Part shown: positions 46,987-57,196 of the stretch, piece by piece
Numbering within the stretch: position 1 is the first letter of the stretch
Layout of the letters: every line of letters starts with the position of its first letter
Assembly (NCBI GenBank): GCA_963664325.2
Contig: CAXXDQ010000003.1
Location: forward strand, 960,001-1,024,000
Reading direction: 5' to 3'
Source: Desulfomonilia bacterium
GTDB taxonomy: Bacteria > Desulfobacterota > Desulfomonilia > UBA1062
DNA: 64,000 nt
Program-made: the position numbers and the translations under genes
Notes under the pieces: model-generated
Seen by the model: only the letters and a program-made list of their open reading frames with translations
Told to the model about the DNA's origin: nothing
The model's database searches: none

Positions 46987-47373
46987 ATGGCAAAACTGAC
47001 AATAGAAGATCTCAAGAAGATAAAGGAAAAGGTTGAAAAGGAAGACCAGTTCCGTTCTGGCCAGAAGAGGGTGAAAATCAACGTACACATGGGGACATGC
47101 GGGATTGCATCCGGCGCCAAGGAAGTCCTTGACACGGTCATGGAAGAGCTGAACGAGAACAAGTCAAACGATGTCCTTGTCACGACATCCGGCTGCATAG
47201 GAATCTGCAGCAGGGAGCCACTGGTCACGATAGAAGAGCAGGGCAAGGAAGCAACCGTTTATGAATATGTAAACAAGAACAAGATGAGACAGATATTCAA
47301 GCGTCATGTCATGGGCGGCGAGATACAGTCCGATTTCGTAATGGCCCGCGGCAAAGAGCAGGATGGGAGGTAG
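46987..47373 (+). CDS. Thioredoxin-like [2Fe-2S] ferredoxin subunit (HndB/HydD-like)
   Basis: MGTCGIASGA, GCIGICSREP. Confidence 0.85.
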   Translation: MAKLTIEDLKKIKEKVEKEDQFRSGQKRVKINVHMGTCGIASGAKEVLDTVMEELNENKSNDVLVTTSGCIGICSREPLVTIEEQGKEATVYEYVNKNKMRQIFKRHVMGGEIQSDFVMARGKEQDGR

Positions 47374-47376
47374 GTC

Positions 47377-50300
47377 ATGGCAGCCAGAGTTTTCAGGGCA
47401 CACATACTTGTCTGCGGCGGAACAGGCTGCAGGGCGACGGGCAGCGAGGCGATCCTGAGCGATGTCGTAAAGGAGCTTGCTAAAAAAGGGCTGACGAATG
47501 AAGTGAGCGTGGTGGAAACCGGATGCAACGGTTTCTGCGCAGCAGGCCCGATCATGGTCATATATCCGGAAGGCACGTTCTATCAGTACGTCAAGGCCGC
47601 TGATGTTCCGGAGATAATTGAAGAGCATATCATCAAGGGACGCCCGGTTCAAAGGCTCATGTACAAAGAGCCTTTAACCGAGAAGCCAATCCCGCACATG
47701 CAGGAGATACCGTTCTTCGGCAAGCAGATGCTGATCGCACTTAAGAACAGGGGCCTTATCGATGCTGAAAAGATCGATGAATATATAGCCCGGGACGGGT
47801 ACATGGCGGCGGCGAAAGCGCTTAGCGAAATGGGTCCTGATGAGGTAATCGAGCAGGTCAAGAAATCAGGTCTTCGTGGCCGTGGGGGCGGTGGATTCCC
47901 TACAGGTATGAAGTGGTCTTTTGCCCGCAAGAGCGCCGGCACTGAGAAGTACATCCTCTGCAATGCGGATGAAGGCGACCCGGGCGCATTCATGGACCGT
48001 TCGGTACTTGAGGCAGACCCGCACGCGGTCCTCGAAGGCATGATAATCGCCGGCTTCTCAATCGGCGCAAGCCAGGGTTACATATACTGCCGCGCTGAAT
48101 ATCCGCTGGCCATCAAGAGACTGAACCTTGCAATCGAACAGGCCCGCGAATACGGTCTGCTGGGTAAAAATATCCTCGGCACCAACTACAGCCTTGATAT
48201 CGAAGTCTACCAGGGCGCGGGCGCATTCGTATGCGGCGAAGAGACCGCTTTGATGGCATCCATAGAAGGCCGCCGCGGCATGCCCAGGCCGAGGCCTCCG
48301 TTCCCCGCAACGTCGGGACTCTGGAACAAGCCCTCGGTGCTCAACAACGTCGAGACGTTTGCAAACATCCCGCAGATTATTTTAAAGGGCGGAGACTGGT
48401 ATGCATCCATCGGTACGCAGGGTTCAAAGGGTACGAAGGTTTTCGCTCTGACCGGTGCGGTCAATAATGTCGGTCTGGTCGAGGTCCCCATGGGGACGCC
48501 GATCGGCGATATCATATTCGACATTGGCGGCGGAATCCCTAACGGCAAGAACTTCAAGGCGGCACAGCTGGGCGGCCCGTCCGGCGGATGTATTCCGGCC
48601 CAGGCCTTGAACACGCCTACGGACTATGAAGAGATCGTAAAGCTCGGTGCAATCATGGGTTCGGGCGGTCTTATCGTCATGGACGAGGACACCTGCATGG
48701 TCGATACCGCACGCTTCTTCATGGAATTCTGCCAGGAAGAGTCCTGCGGAAAATGCACCCCGTGCCGTGAAGGCACCAAGCGCATGCTCGAAATACTGGA
48801 AAAGATATGCAAGGGCAAAGGGGAGGATGGCGATATAGAACTTCTCGAAGACCTTGCCTATGTCATCAAGGACTCGGCCCTTTGCGGACTCGGCCAGACA
48901 GCCCCGAACCCGGTTCTTTCGACGCTGAAATACTTCCGGGAAGAATACGAAGCCCATATCTATGACAAGAAGTGTCCGGCGGCCGTATGCTCGGCGCTCT
49001 TTAAATCTCCGTGCCAGCATGCATGCCCGATCGAAATGGATATTCCCGCCTACATAGCGCTGATAAGGGCGGGCAGGCTCGATGACGGCTACAAGCTCAT
49101 GAAGCAGACCAACCCGTTCCCCGGCGTATGCGGCCGCGTATGCCCGCAGTTCTGCGCTTCGAAATGCCGCAGAGGCCAGCTCGACGAGCCGATGGCCATC
49201 GCATGGCTCAAGAGATACATCGCAGACAACGCCAAGCGCCCTGAAGTAAAACCGGCTGAAGTAACCAGAAAACAGAAAATAGCCATAATCGGCGCAGGCC
49301 CGGCCGGCCTTACGGCAGCGCAGGACCTTGCAAAGCGCGGCTACAAGGTAACGGTGTTCGAAAGCCTTCCAATGGCTGGCGGCATGATGAGATACGCCAT
49401 TCCGGAATACAGGATGCCTCGAAACATAATCGACATTGAGGTCGCAGACATCGAAGCGCTCGGCGTAGAGATCAGGACAAACTGCAAGATCGGCAAGGAC
49501 ATCAGCTTCGACAAGTTGAAGAAGGATTATGACATAGTCCTTCTTGCAATCGGCGCCCAGAAGAGCTGGACGCTCGACATCGAAGGCGAGGATTCAAAGG
49601 GCGTTTACGGCGCGGTCGAATTCCTCCGCGAAGTCAACCTCGGCAAAAAGATCAAGGTCGGCACCAAGGTGGCGGTCATAGGCGGCGGGAACTCAGCAAT
49701 CGACGCAGCCAGGACAGCCCTCAGGCTCGGCGCAAAAGATGTGACGATCCTTTACCGCCGCGAAAGAAAAGACATGCCTGCATGGGAAAACGAGATAGTT
49801 GCGGCTGAGCATGAAGGTGTGAGGATCGAGTACCTGGTTGCTCCGACCAAGGTCATAAGCAAGGCCGGAAAGGTAACAGGCATCGAATGTGAGCGCATGA
49901 AGCTGGCCGAATTCGACAAGTCGGGCAGACGCCGTCCCAAGGCGATAGAAGGCAGCAGGTACGTGATATCGGTTGACACAATCATACCCGCAATTTCTCA
50001 GGCCCTTGATGCCGACTGGATCAATGCGGATTCAGGTGTCACTGTTACAAGGGGCGGCACTGTTGCAGTTGCTGGCCGTACCAAGACGGCAACTACGGCT
50101 GACGGCATATTCGTGGCCGGCGATGCGGCAAAAGGCCCGGCAACCGTCGTGGAGGCAATAGCGATGGGACATCAGTCTGCAGCTGAGATAGACAGCTATA
50201 TCAGGAAGCTTAACGGTGAACCCGAATACAAGATCCCTGAGAGCGAGAAAATAGACATCCCGTTCGAGGTTGATGAGGAGGTCGTCGAGACCCCGAAGGC

Positions 50301-50424
50301 CGAGATGCCGGAAATAACCCTGAAAGCCAGGGCAGGCAACTTCAATGAGGTTGAAACCGGCTACAACAAGAAGCTTGCATACAAGGAGGCTTGCCGCTGC
50401 CTGAGGTGCGATGCCGAGCTTTAA
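47377..50424 (+). CDS. NuoF/HydB-like FMN/NADH subunit fused to a GltD/NfnB-like FAD/NADPH domain
   Basis: GRGGGGFP, NADEGDPGAFMDR, CGEET, CGKCTPCREG; then PCQHACP, CGRVCP, GAGPAGL, GGGNSA, YRR, AGD, RCLRC. Confidence 0.9.
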   Translation: MAARVFRAHILVCGGTGCRATGSEAILSDVVKELAKKGLTNEVSVVETGCNGFCAAGPIMVIYPEGTFYQYVKAADVPEIIEEHIIKGRPVQRLMYKEPLTEKPIPHMQEIPFFGKQMLIALKNRGLIDAEKIDEYIARDGYMAAAKALSEMGPDEVIEQVKKSGLRGRGGGGFPTGMKWSFARKSAGTEKYILCNADEGDPGAFMDRSVLEADPHAVLEGMIIAGFSIGASQGYIYCRAEYPLAIKRLNLAIEQAREYGLLGKNILGTNYSLDIEVYQGAGAFVCGEETALMASIEGRRGMPRPRPPFPATSGLWNKPSVLNNVETFANIPQIILKGGDWYASIGTQGSKGTKVFALTGAVNNVGLVEVPMGTPIGDIIFDIGGGIPNGKNFKAAQLGGPSGGCIPAQALNTPTDYEEIVKLGAIMGSGGLIVMDEDTCMVDTARFFMEFCQEESCGKCTPCREGTKRMLEILEKICKGKGEDGDIELLEDLAYVIKDSALCGLGQTAPNPVLSTLKYFREEYEAHIYDKKCPAAVCSALFKSPCQHACPIEMDIPAYIALIRAGRLDDGYKLMKQTNPFPGVCGRVCPQFCASKCRRGQLDEPMAIAWLKRYIADNAKRPEVKPAEVTRKQKIAIIGAGPAGLTAAQDLAKRGYKVTVFESLPMAGGMMRYAIPEYRMPRNIIDIEVADIEALGVEIRTNCKIGKDISFDKLKKDYDIVLLAIGAQKSWTLDIEGEDSKGVYGAVEFLREVNLGKKIKVGTKVAVIGGGNSAIDAARTALRLGAKDVTILYRRERKDMPAWENEIVAAEHEGVRIEYLVAPTKVISKAGKVTGIECERMKLAEFDKSGRRRPKAIEGSRYVISVDTIIPAISQALDADWINADSGVTVTRGGTVAVAGRTKTATTADGIFVAGDAAKGPATVVEAIAMGHQSAAEIDSYIRKLNGEPEYKIPESEKIDIPFEVDEEVVETPKAEMPEITLKARAGNFNEVETGYNKKLAYKEACRCLRCDAEL

Positions 50425-50455
50425 TACCTGATTCAAACGTTAATCATCAACACCG

Positions 50456-50493
50456 GCGGTCAGGACCCGATAAAAGTCCTGACCGCTTTTTTT
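50456..50493 (+). terminator. Intrinsic terminator
   Basis: gcggtcaggac / gtcctgaccgc stem followed by T7. Confidence 0.8.
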
Positions 50494-50546
50494 CTTAAAG
50501 CCTACAGCCCGTAAGGAACCTGATAATGCCTGTCCCCTGTCTGTTG

Positions 50547-50575
50547 TTGACAGATATCGGGTGTTAACCTATATA
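50547..50575 (+). promoter_or_regulatory. Candidate sigma-70 promoter of the formate dehydrogenase gene
   Basis: TTGACA-17 bp-TATATA. Confidence 0.4.
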
Positions 50576-50798
50576 ACATCTCGGAATATTTATATATTAT
50601 GCAGATTCCAGCATAATAATATTTCAATAAGGGAACATTATGAAAATCAAACGTACATCTTTCAGGGAATCATGGTTACTCATGATCTGTTTTTGAAAAC
50701 ACAGGGAATGAGCCTCTTGCCTTGAGCAGCGGTCAGGCCGTTTGGTATTTTGTTCCAATATTCCAATACAGCAACCGGGCATTCACGGGAGGAATTTA

Positions 50799-53483
50799 AT
50801 GAAGCTCAGCATTAATGGAAGGGAAGTTGAATTTGAGGCCGGTAAGACGGTCTATGAGGTGGCCAGGGCCAACGGTATATACATCCCCGTCCTATGCCAC
50901 CATGAACTTGTGAAACCTGTCGGCGCCTGCAGAGTGTGCGTGGTTGAGATCATGGGCGCCAGAAACCTTGTCGCATCGTGCGCCATGCCTGCGGAAGACA
51001 ACATGAAGATATTTACCGGCACGGACAGGGTGCTCAAGGCGAGGAAGCTCGTTGTTGAACTGCTCATGACCCAGGGCCAGCACAACTGCATTACATGCGA
51101 ATCGAGCGGGGATTGCGTGTTGCAGGACCTGGCATATTCGCTGGGGGTTGAGAGTCCGAGATTTACGGAGCCTGAAAAGCTGCCCGCAATCGAACAGGGC
51201 AACGAGATGATAGTTCGTGACATGAAAAAATGCGTGCTGTGCGGCCTGTGCGTGCGCGCATGCAACGAGGTTCAGGTAAACCAGGTGCTTGATTATACGG
51301 GCCGGGGCCCGAGCGCAAAGGTAGGACCTCCGTTCAAGAGGCTTTACGAAGAATCAGACTGCGTATTCTGCGGGGAATGTGTCAGGGTCTGCCCGGTCGG
51401 CGCTCTCTATGAAAAGCAGGGCAGGTTCAGGGGCAGGGGAAAGGAACTGGAAAAAGTAAGGACCACCTGTTCATACTGCGGTGTCGGCTGTCAGATGGAC
51501 GTGTGCGTCAATGACGGCCAGATTGCCAAGGTCACAACTGCAAGAGAAGGGATGCCTTTGCCGAACAACGGCAGTCTCTGTATAAAAGGGCGCTTCGGGT
51601 ATGACTATGTCGGGCATCCCGACAGGCTTAAAACCCCGCTTATCAAGGTTGACGGCGAATTTAAAGAGGCCTCGTGGGACGAGGCGATTGGCTTTATTGC
51701 AGAGAAGCTTCTCAGGGTAAAGCAAACAGCAGGTGCAGAGGCCGTTGCGGGGTTTTCCTCCGCACGCTGCACGAATGAAGAGAACTATCTGTTTCAGAAG
51801 TTTTTCCGTGCAGTGATCGGCAGCAACAATGTCGACCATTGCGCCCGGCTCTGACACAGCTCGACCGTGGCCGGTCTGGCCACTGCCTTCGGTTCTGGGG
51901 CAATGACAAATTCGATAGCAGACCTTGAAGAGAGCAGATGCTTCCTGATCACCGGATCAAATACGACCGAAAACCACCCGGTCATCTCGACGTTTATAAA
52001 AAGGGCAGTAATGCAAAGGGGCGCAAAGCTCATACTGGCCGACCCGCGTAATATCGAGCTTTCGAAATTTGCCACCATACATCTCAGGCAGAAACCGGGC
52101 AGCGACATCGCCTGGATCAACGGCATGATCAACATCATCATTAAAGAAGGGCTCTTAGATGAAAAGTTTATCGAAGAAAGGACCGAGAACTTCGATGCCC
52201 TGAAAGAGGCTGTTTCAAAATATACGCCCGAGTATGTTGAAGAAATATCGGGCATTCCGAAAGACGAGCTTATCACGGCTGCAAGAATCTATGCAAAATC
52301 CGGCGCCTCGGCCATAGTTTATGCAATGGGCATTACCCAGCACATTACAGGAACCGATGCCGTCAAATCCCTGGCCAACCTGGCGATGGTCACCGGCAAT
52401 ATCGGCAGGCCCGGAACCGGCGTGAATCCCCTGCGCGGGCAGAACAATGTCCAGGGGGCCTGCGACATGGGCTGCCTTCCGGGAAATTTTCCGGCCTACA
52501 TGCAGGTCGCGAATGACGAACACAGGGCCAAATTCGAGGCGGCGTGGGGCTGCAAGCTTAACCCGAAACCGGGGCTTACTATCCCCAAGATAATCGAAGG
52601 GGCCGACAAGGGGACGATCAAGGCGCTTATCATAATGGGTGAAAACCCGATGATGTCCGATCCTGATATCGCACATGTGGAGCATGCGCTTGGAAAGCTT
52701 GACCTGCTGGTTTGTATGGACATCTTTTTAAATGAAACGACGGCACTGGCCGATGTCGTACTTCCGGGCGCCTCATGGCCTGAAAAGGACGGAACTTTCA
52801 CGAACACGGAAAGAAGGGTTCAGCGTGTCAGGAAGGCTGTAAATGCCCCCGGACTGGCCCTGCCGGACTGGAAGGCCCTTGAGATGCTGGCCAACAGGAT
52901 GGGTGCATCATGGGGCTATGCCGATGCAAATGCCATAATGGAGGAAATAAGGGGCGTGACCCCGTCATACAAGGGCATAAGCTATCAGAGGCTTGAAACA
53001 GAGGGTTTGCAGTGGCCGTGCCTGAACGACGAACACCCCGGCACAAAAATCCTCCATTCTGCGGCTTTCACGAGAGGCAAGGGGCTTTTCACGGTGAACC
53101 ATTATCTGCCGCCCGCCGAAGTCACCGACGACAAGTATCCGTTCATCCTGACCACTGGGCGGATCCTTCAGCAGTATCATACGGCGACCATGACCAGGCG
53201 CTCGAAGGGCCTCGTGTCAAGAACGCCGGATGCCTTTGTCGAAATAAACCCCTCAGATGCAAAAGCGCTTGGAATCTCAGCAGGCGACAAGATAGAAATT
53301 TCATCCCGCCGGGGGAAGATTGTTGTAAATGCGGACGTAACTGACAGTGTCGCCAGGGGGGTTATATTCGTACCGTTCCACTATCACGAGGCGGCTGTCA
53401 ACCGGCTCACGATTGCAGCCATTGACCCTGTCGCCAACATACCGGAATATAAGGTCTGTGCGGTAAATCTGAAAAAGGCCTGA
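50799..53483 (+). CDS. fdhF: Selenocysteine-containing formate dehydrogenase alpha subunit with an N-terminal NuoG-like Fe-S region (one gene, UGA at 51852-51854)
   Basis: ORFs 50742-51854 and 51867-53483 are in frame: DHCARL-TGA-HSSTVAGLA; CSYCGVGC, LCIKG, LRGQNNVQG, EKDGTFTNTERR; GGAGG RBS. Confidence 0.93.
51852..51883 (+). other. UGA(Sec) codon plus bacterial SECIS hairpin
   Basis: gtggcc-ggtct-ggccac stem-loop starting 12 nt after UGA; GGUCU apical sequence as in the E. coli fdhF SECIS. Confidence 0.85.
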
Positions 53484-53495
53484 ACATTTAAAACA

Positions 53496-53541
53496 ATAGA
53501 GACCCCTATTGCCCCAAAAATAGGGGTCTCTATCTTTCTTT
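53496..53541 (+). terminator. Intrinsic terminator after the fdh gene
   Basis: 15-bp stem atagagacccctatt / aataggggtctctat plus a T-rich tail. Confidence 0.8.
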
Positions 53542-53878
53542 AAAAATATTCAATTTAGATCAATTCAAAATATACACTTAAGACTTTTCAGCATCAATGA
53601 TGTCCTGGCGTAAAGCAAACCTGCGAGTTCATGTGGATTGTTTGCTCAGATATTCGATGTCTCAAGTCCATTGGTGAAAAGACAGTTTTAGAAGCATAGG
53701 ACCGGGAAAACTCAGGGAGATATTCGACATCTGATGCCCTGCTTGTTTCCCGACTCGCCTCCTGCTATATTTGCCGGAAGAAGGGATGAAATATTATAGA
53801 TTGTGTAATTTGATACGAAGATAAGGTGTCTGACTGAATCATGAAAAACTTGCACAGAAACCGGTTAATATAAACAGG

Positions 53879-55057
53879 ATGGACAAGAGCCCATTGCGAA
53901 CTTTGTCAAGGTTATCGGTAAAGCCAGGACTTTTACCATCGCTCCTGCTCTGTATGGCACTGACCATTGCATTCCTGCCCCTGTGCTCGGAAGTGTATGC
54001 GGCGGGAGGAGAGTCCGACCATGCAGCAAAATCCTTCCGCATCGAGACTCAACGCTGGATTGAAGCCGAGAAGATCTTCCGCTCCGACCCGCATTGGCTG
54101 GGGGGTGACGGGGCGGCATCGATTGACCTGGGGAAAGGCCGGGTGCTCTGGTTATTCGGTGACAGTTTTATTGATCTTTCCGGTACCGGCTCCCGGCGGT
54201 CATCCACCCTGGTACGCAACAGCCTAGCCATCCAGACCGGGTATGACCCCTGCAACGCCTCAATGAAGTTCTATTGGAACATGCATGACGGTACACCATC
54301 GGCCTTTTTCGCCTATAATGGTAGAAACTGGTACTGGCCGGCCTCCGGAATCAAGCTCGGCAAACATTTAATTGTTTTCCTCATGGAAATCAAAACAGCC
54401 GGGAATGAACTCGGCTTCGAAGCCTGCGGCTGGAAGGCCGTCTGGATCGACAACCCGCAGGAGGAACCGGACCAATGGAATTTGACCTGTCTCATCAGCC
54501 CTCAGCGGCATGGTCTGATTGTCGGCTCCGGCAATCCGCTTTTAGAGAAAGGCTTCCTTACCGTATGCGCCACTGATGGCAATGATCGGGCGGTATATCT
54601 TGTGCGCTGGCCGGAACGCTCGGCCGGCAACGGAACACTCACCAGCCCGGAGTGGTGGACCGGTCATAAAACAGGCTGGGTGAGAGGCCGGAATGACAAA
54701 CTTGAGCCCATAATTTCAGACGGCCAGATGGAATTCACAGTGGAGTACCAGCCCCGGCTTGAACGTTATCTCCAGATTCAGACATTGAGTGTCATGAATC
54801 CCTGCCTGGCCGTGGCATCCTCTGCCTCTGTGACAGGACCCTGGTCCGCACAGGCCTGCTTTTTTACTTCACACGAGCAGGGTAGCCCGGAGCTCCTGAT
54901 CTATGCCGGCAAGTCGCATCCAGCGCTCAAGGGAGCGGACATGGTCTTCACCTATGTGGTGAATACGACAAAGGAAGACCGTCTTTTAAATGATATGTCC
55001 ATATATTATCCCGCCATGCTCAAGGGGCGTATCGTTTCCGATCGCAATGTCCCATAA
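53879..55057 (+). CDS. Exported DUF4185/DUF5005-like (beta-propeller hydrolase-like) protein
   Basis: Signal peptide; WLGGDGAAS.DLG.GRVLWLFGDSF, VRNS, WYWP, YAGKSHP. Confidence 0.55.
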   Translation: MDKSPLRTLSRLSVKPGLLPSLLLCMALTIAFLPLCSEVYAAGGESDHAAKSFRIETQRWIEAEKIFRSDPHWLGGDGAASIDLGKGRVLWLFGDSFIDLSGTGSRRSSTLVRNSLAIQTGYDPCNASMKFYWNMHDGTPSAFFAYNGRNWYWPASGIKLGKHLIVFLMEIKTAGNELGFEACGWKAVWIDNPQEEPDQWNLTCLISPQRHGLIVGSGNPLLEKGFLTVCATDGNDRAVYLVRWPERSAGNGTLTSPEWWTGHKTGWVRGRNDKLEPIISDGQMEFTVEYQPRLERYLQIQTLSVMNPCLAVASSASVTGPWSAQACFFTSHEQGSPELLIYAGKSHPALKGADMVFTYVVNTTKEDRLLNDMSIYYPAMLKGRIVSDRNVP

Positions 55058-55246
55058 GGGTGCAAGCGAATCAACTCGGGCACTCAGCGTAGGATGTTAA
55101 CGCTCTGTGGATTTTAAAATGTGTTCTATCCTTCAGGTCCGGATGCAGAGCTTGTTGATCATGAACAGATGAGATTTGTACCGGCTTGACTTCCAATAAT
55201 TAACCGGATAAACCCCTGACAAAGGCTTAGACATAATTGAAACCAG

Positions 55247-55717
55247 ATGATGGAAATAAATAAAATCAGCTTGGGAGCCACGTCGGCAATTGTTACAAGT
55301 ATGGGTCTGATCGCAGGGTTAACCCATGGGGATAATGCCAAAACAGCTATAATTGGCGGTCTGCTGGTTGTCGGCATTGCAGATAATATTTCCGATTCGT
55401 TAGGCATACATATTTATAAAGAGTCGGAAGGCGTCAACAAACAGGAAATCAAATCGTCAACCCTTGGCAATTTCATTGTCAGATTGATAATAACACTTCT
55501 CTTTGTAACGGTTGTTCTCCTCTTTCCTCCACACATTGCATACATTGTTTCTTCTGTCCTTGGAATGGTTCTGCTCTCTGCAATGAGTTATCTGATAGCA
55601 AGAATAAAGATGACGCATCCCTTGAGGGAAGTGGTCAATCATCTGGCTATCGCATTAATAGTAATTATTGGTTGTAAATTTCTAGGAGATTTCATTTCAC
55701 ACCATATCAACGGGTAA
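55247..55717 (+). CDS. VIT1/CCC1-like membrane protein
   Basis: GATSAIVTSMGLIAG, IADNISDSLGIH; about five TMs. Confidence 0.6.
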   Translation: MMEINKISLGATSAIVTSMGLIAGLTHGDNAKTAIIGGLLVVGIADNISDSLGIHIYKESEGVNKQEIKSSTLGNFIVRLIITLLFVTVVLLFPPHIAYIVSSVLGMVLLSAMSYLIARIKMTHPLREVVNHLAIALIVIIGCKFLGDFISHHING

Positions 55718-55988
55718 TGAATATCTGCGGTTCCTTTTAAGCCTGCCCGGCTTAAAGATATGGCCGGAGGAGGTTTGAAGGAAATATAGAGAAGGTCTGC
55801 GGGCAGCACAGTAAAATCAGCAATAGCAAATTGATTATCACGGTACCGGACTACGCCGCCTGTGTCGAATGCAGGCTCAACATGACTGTAGTTAATTAGC
55901 GGTAGTCGGCGCAATCATAAATCTGTTAGATTGATATATTCATTATTTCTTCTCGACCAAAAAGAATATCAATTATATATTCTGCCAT

Positions 55989-56930
55989 ATGCAGATATTA
56001 AGTGTTACATTTACCGGTGTCGCCACTCTGTTAATAATAGGTCTTCTAGGCTTCTGGCTGCTTAGAAGAAATATAATTACCGGAAGCATTCTGCCACCTC
56101 TGTCTTTTCTTGCAATAGATATTGCCTTGCCCTGCTTTATTTTTGTCAATATCACGACAAAATTCAAACCTTCGGCCAGCCCTTTATGGTGGACGCTGCC
56201 TTTATGGTGGGCGGGATTTACAGTTATCGCGGCAATAATTTCTTATCTGAGTTCATTTGCGGTTAAAAGAGGGATAAGAAGGGAATTCATAGCCTGCATG
56301 TTTTTTCAGAACGGGATATTTTTCCCGCTGGCAATCATTTCTTCCATGTTCGGTTTAAATTCAACTTACCTGGTTGACCTGTTTCTGTTTACGTTGTTTT
56401 ATCCGGCCTTTTTCTTCAACTTCGCCCCATATGTGGTCAAAAGAAAAAACTTCATGACTAATGTTAAAAGGATCTTTAACCCCGTTCTGATTGTAACAAT
56501 GATTGCTGTATTAACCAAGATTACCGGTGTCGATTCATATATCCCTCAATTTATAATATCAGGTATAAACCTCACCGGTCAGATGGCAGTTCCCTTGCTC
56601 ATGATTGTTCTTGGCGGAAATATATTTCTCGATTTCAAAAATACAGAAAAAGTCTTTATTATGGAAACCTTTAAATTTGTGGCAGTTAAAAACTTTATTT
56701 TACCCGGGATTGTTCTCGGCCTGCTGTCTTTAATTAAACCCGGATATTCTATTGCCCTGATTATTATTTTGCAAAGTGCCGTCCCTCCAGTTACAGCGGT
56801 GCCAATAATTGTCGAGCGCGAAGAAGGGAACCGTGCAATCGCAAACCAGTTCCTTGTTGCCAGTTTTATTGCCAGTCTTATCAGCCTGCCTGTTGTTGTC
56901 ATGCTGTTCAGCATGTTGTTTGGCAGGTGA
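55989..56930 (+). CDS. AEC (auxin efflux carrier) family transporter
   Basis: About 10 TMs; IALPCFIF, FQNGIFFPL, NPVL, PLLMIVLG, QSAVPP. Confidence 0.85.
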   Translation: MQILSVTFTGVATLLIIGLLGFWLLRRNIITGSILPPLSFLAIDIALPCFIFVNITTKFKPSASPLWWTLPLWWAGFTVIAAIISYLSSFAVKRGIRREFIACMFFQNGIFFPLAIISSMFGLNSTYLVDLFLFTLFYPAFFFNFAPYVVKRKNFMTNVKRIFNPVLIVTMIAVLTKITGVDSYIPQFIISGINLTGQMAVPLLMIVLGGNIFLDFKNTEKVFIMETFKFVAVKNFILPGIVLGLLSLIKPGYSIALIIILQSAVPPVTAVPIIVEREEGNRAIANQFLVASFIASLISLPVVVMLFSMLFGR

Positions 56931-57196
56931 AGGGAGTCTGCCGGGTAACAAGCGGTGGTCTCTTCCAAACAGGTTGAATTCCGGGCCTTCCGGTCCTGTA
57001 TTGCTCGCTGCCTTTTGAATGTCCAGGAGCTCAGAGCATAGAAAGAACCTTGTGGTTAAAAGAATAAATCTGAGAAACTTTAAAGGTATATTTGATACAT
57101 GAAGCTTGCTTGTTTACTTCCTCCACACTCCTTTTTCCAATGTTATCAAAGTGCGCAAGCCGGCATGTAACCGGTGCATCCGGGTTTTTCCCCGTC

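Noticed and set aside
50742-53483. Split or pseudogenised formate dehydrogenase
   Set aside because: The interrupting TGA is at the Sec position, in frame and followed by a SECIS-like hairpin
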